Source: Deltaproteobacteria bacterium (lineage in GTDB: Bacteria; Desulfobacterota; Dissulfuribacteria; Dissulfuribacterales; QOAL01). Taken from it: 64,000 nucleotides of DNA. The stretch spans positions 865 through 64,864 of the forward strand of contig JALWNK010000017.1 in NCBI GenBank assembly GCA_026995935.1, read 5' to 3'. The notes beneath the pieces were generated by a model. The model was not told where the DNA came from. It was given only the letters and a program-made list of their open reading frames with translations, and made no database searches. Both the position numbers and the translations under genes were made by a program. Below, piece after piece: positions 62,856-64,000 of the stretch (within the stretch, counting starts at the first letter, position 1; each line of letters starts with the position of its first letter).

Positions 62856-63491
62856 ATGGAAAGAGGCGATCTCTTTGTCATTTCCGCACCTTCGGGCGCA
62901 GGGAAAAGCACCCTGCGCTCCATGCTTGTTGAAAGGGTGGACGGCCTTGTCTTCTCCGTCTCTCATACCACCAGACCGCCCAGACCAGGAGAAGTCAGCG
63001 GAAAGGACTACTTTTTTGTCTCGGAGCAGGAATTTGAAAAACTTGTTGCACAAGACGCCTTCCTGGAATGGGCCAGGGTTCACGGTAACTTTTACGGCAC
63101 CCACAGGTCGCAGGTCCTGGAGCAGCTTTCAAGGGGCATGGATGTAATTCTCGATATTGATGTCCAGGGCGCCAAACAGGTAAAGAGCAAGCTGCCTGGA
63201 GCAGTTACCATCTTCATTCTTCCACCGTCGTGGCAGGCCCTGGAAGAAAGACTGCTTAAACGTGGAAGTGAGGACAGGAAAAAGATAAAGACCAGGCTGC
63301 AAAATGCCTTGAAAGAGATTGAAGAGGTCTCAAACTACCACTACTGCGTTGTTAACGACCAGCTCCAAGTTGCCTTTGAGGAGCTAAGGTCCATAGTTTC
63401 GGCAGAAAGAAGCAAGACCAGGAGGGTCCTTGCAGGAAAGATAGACCTTGCCAGGCTAAAGCCCAGCCCTGATTCCTGGTTCCTGTCCTAG
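62856..63491 (+). CDS. gmk: Guanylate kinase
   Basis: LFVISAPSGAGKSTL, SHTTRPPRPGEVSGKDYFFVS, EWA.VHGN.YGT. Confidence 0.95.
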   Translation: MERGDLFVISAPSGAGKSTLRSMLVERVDGLVFSVSHTTRPPRPGEVSGKDYFFVSEQEFEKLVAQDAFLEWARVHGNFYGTHRSQVLEQLSRGMDVILDIDVQGAKQVKSKLPGAVTIFILPPSWQALEERLLKRGSEDRKKIKTRLQNALKEIEEVSNYHYCVVNDQLQVAFEELRSIVSAERSKTRRVLAGKIDLARLKPSPDSWFLS

Positions 63492-63554
63492 CTTGCCTCT
63501 GGAAAAAGGGGAAGAAAGCTGGAGGAGTCAAAAAGAGACAGAAATTACGCTCAA

Positions 63555-64000
63555 GTGGAAAAGTCGCTTCTTATCTGGGGAATCCATCCCCTTGAAGAGG
63601 CCCTTAGGGCAAATCCTCAATTCATTAAATGGGTTGAGGTTCTGCCGAGCTTTGGACGCAAGAAAAGTCAAAAATTCCTTCTTGAAAAACTTAAAAAGCA
63701 AAATGTGCTTATCAGGCAGGTGGATGATTTTCACCGTCATCTGCTTCCCAAAGGGGCGGTCCATCAGGGAATCTGTGCCAAGGTCTTGATTTTCTGGGAA
63801 ACCAGCCTTGATAAAATTATAGACAGTGCCCTTTCTTCCAGGGAAACAATAGTAATATGTGACCAGATAGAAGACCCCCAGAACCTTGGCGCACTAATAA
63901 GGGCTGCCGTGGCCTTTTTCGCAGCAGGAATCGTGATTCCCCAAAAACAAAATGCCCCCATAAATGGAACCGTTGTCAAGGCATCTTCTGGTGCGCTTTT
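63555..64000 (+). CDS. TrmH/SpoU-family RNA 2'-O-methyltransferase (RlmB-like), N-terminal part; continues past window end
   Basis: An open frame from GTG 63555 to the window end reads EKSLLIWGIHPLEEALRANP...AVHQGICAKV...IVICDQIEDPQNLGALIRAAVAFFAAGIVIPQKQNAPINGTVVKASSGAL. This gives a SpoU_sub_bind-like N-terminus plus SpoU motif 1 (D.I.DP.N.GAI.RtA). It is not in the ORF track because no stop occurs in the window. The start codon is uncertain. Confidence 0.8.
   Translation, partial: MEKSLLIWGIHPLEEALRANPQFIKWVEVLPSFGRKKSQKFLLEKLKKQNVLIRQVDDFHRHLLPKGAVHQGICAKVLIFWETSLDKIIDSALSSRETIVICDQIEDPQNLGALIRAAVAFFAAGIVIPQKQNAPINGTVVKASSGAL

Noticed and set aside
63493-63979. Track ORFs 63493-63789 (+), 63528-63764 (-) and 63764-63979 (-)
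   Set aside because: A different plus-strand frame, open from 63555 to the window end, gives a clear SpoU/TrmH methyltransferase N-terminus. The listed ORFs are off-frame or antisense.

Overview
Dense 64-kb chromosomal segment, roughly 50% GC by eye, with about 60 protein genes and one tRNA. I saw no rRNA, CRISPR array, transposase, integrase or phage genes. Most of the window is core housekeeping. The blocks, in order: a minus-strand flagellar rod/ring cluster (flgK' through a FliK-like gene, 1-7772); pta; trkHA; a fused class-I fumarase; parAB; long-form hflX; rpe; an aminotransferase; a TolC-MFP-RND efflux operon ending in a Nudix gene; a 7TMR-DISM hybrid histidine kinase with a pseudo-kinase/receiver partner; the conserved block tRNA-Val-thrS-infC-rpmI-rplT-pheST-ihfA-merR-pheA; an operon joining an archaemetzincin-like membrane protein, a K+ channel, glnE and a PglB/STT3-type oligosaccharyltransferase; a yfdX-hdeD pair; an LPS-heptose cluster (waaF-gmhB-waaC-trm112-hldA-DUF4416); and yicC-remA-gmk-rlmB'. 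The protein signatures suggest a flagellated Desulfobacterota/deltaproteobacterial-type anaerobe; this is inference, not a search result. No defence island or mobile element is evident. The most unusual items are these. (1) A 74-aa signal-peptide + PEP-CTERM mini-protein sits behind a sigma-54-type promoter and three evenly spaced GGAAAAATTTTTCC palindromes. (2) A lone PglB-like oligosaccharyltransferase is co-oriented with glnE, a K+ channel and a degenerate archaemetzincin-membrane fusion. (3) hflX has a conserved-looking N-terminal extension with no ATG/GTG/TTG start (probable ATA/ATT initiation), alongside an AUC-initiated infC. (4) A near-consensus parS lies inside the fumarase gene next to parB. 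(5) There are several strongly signalled orphan small genes. All functional calls come from reading the translations and from remembered family motifs; none was checked against a database.
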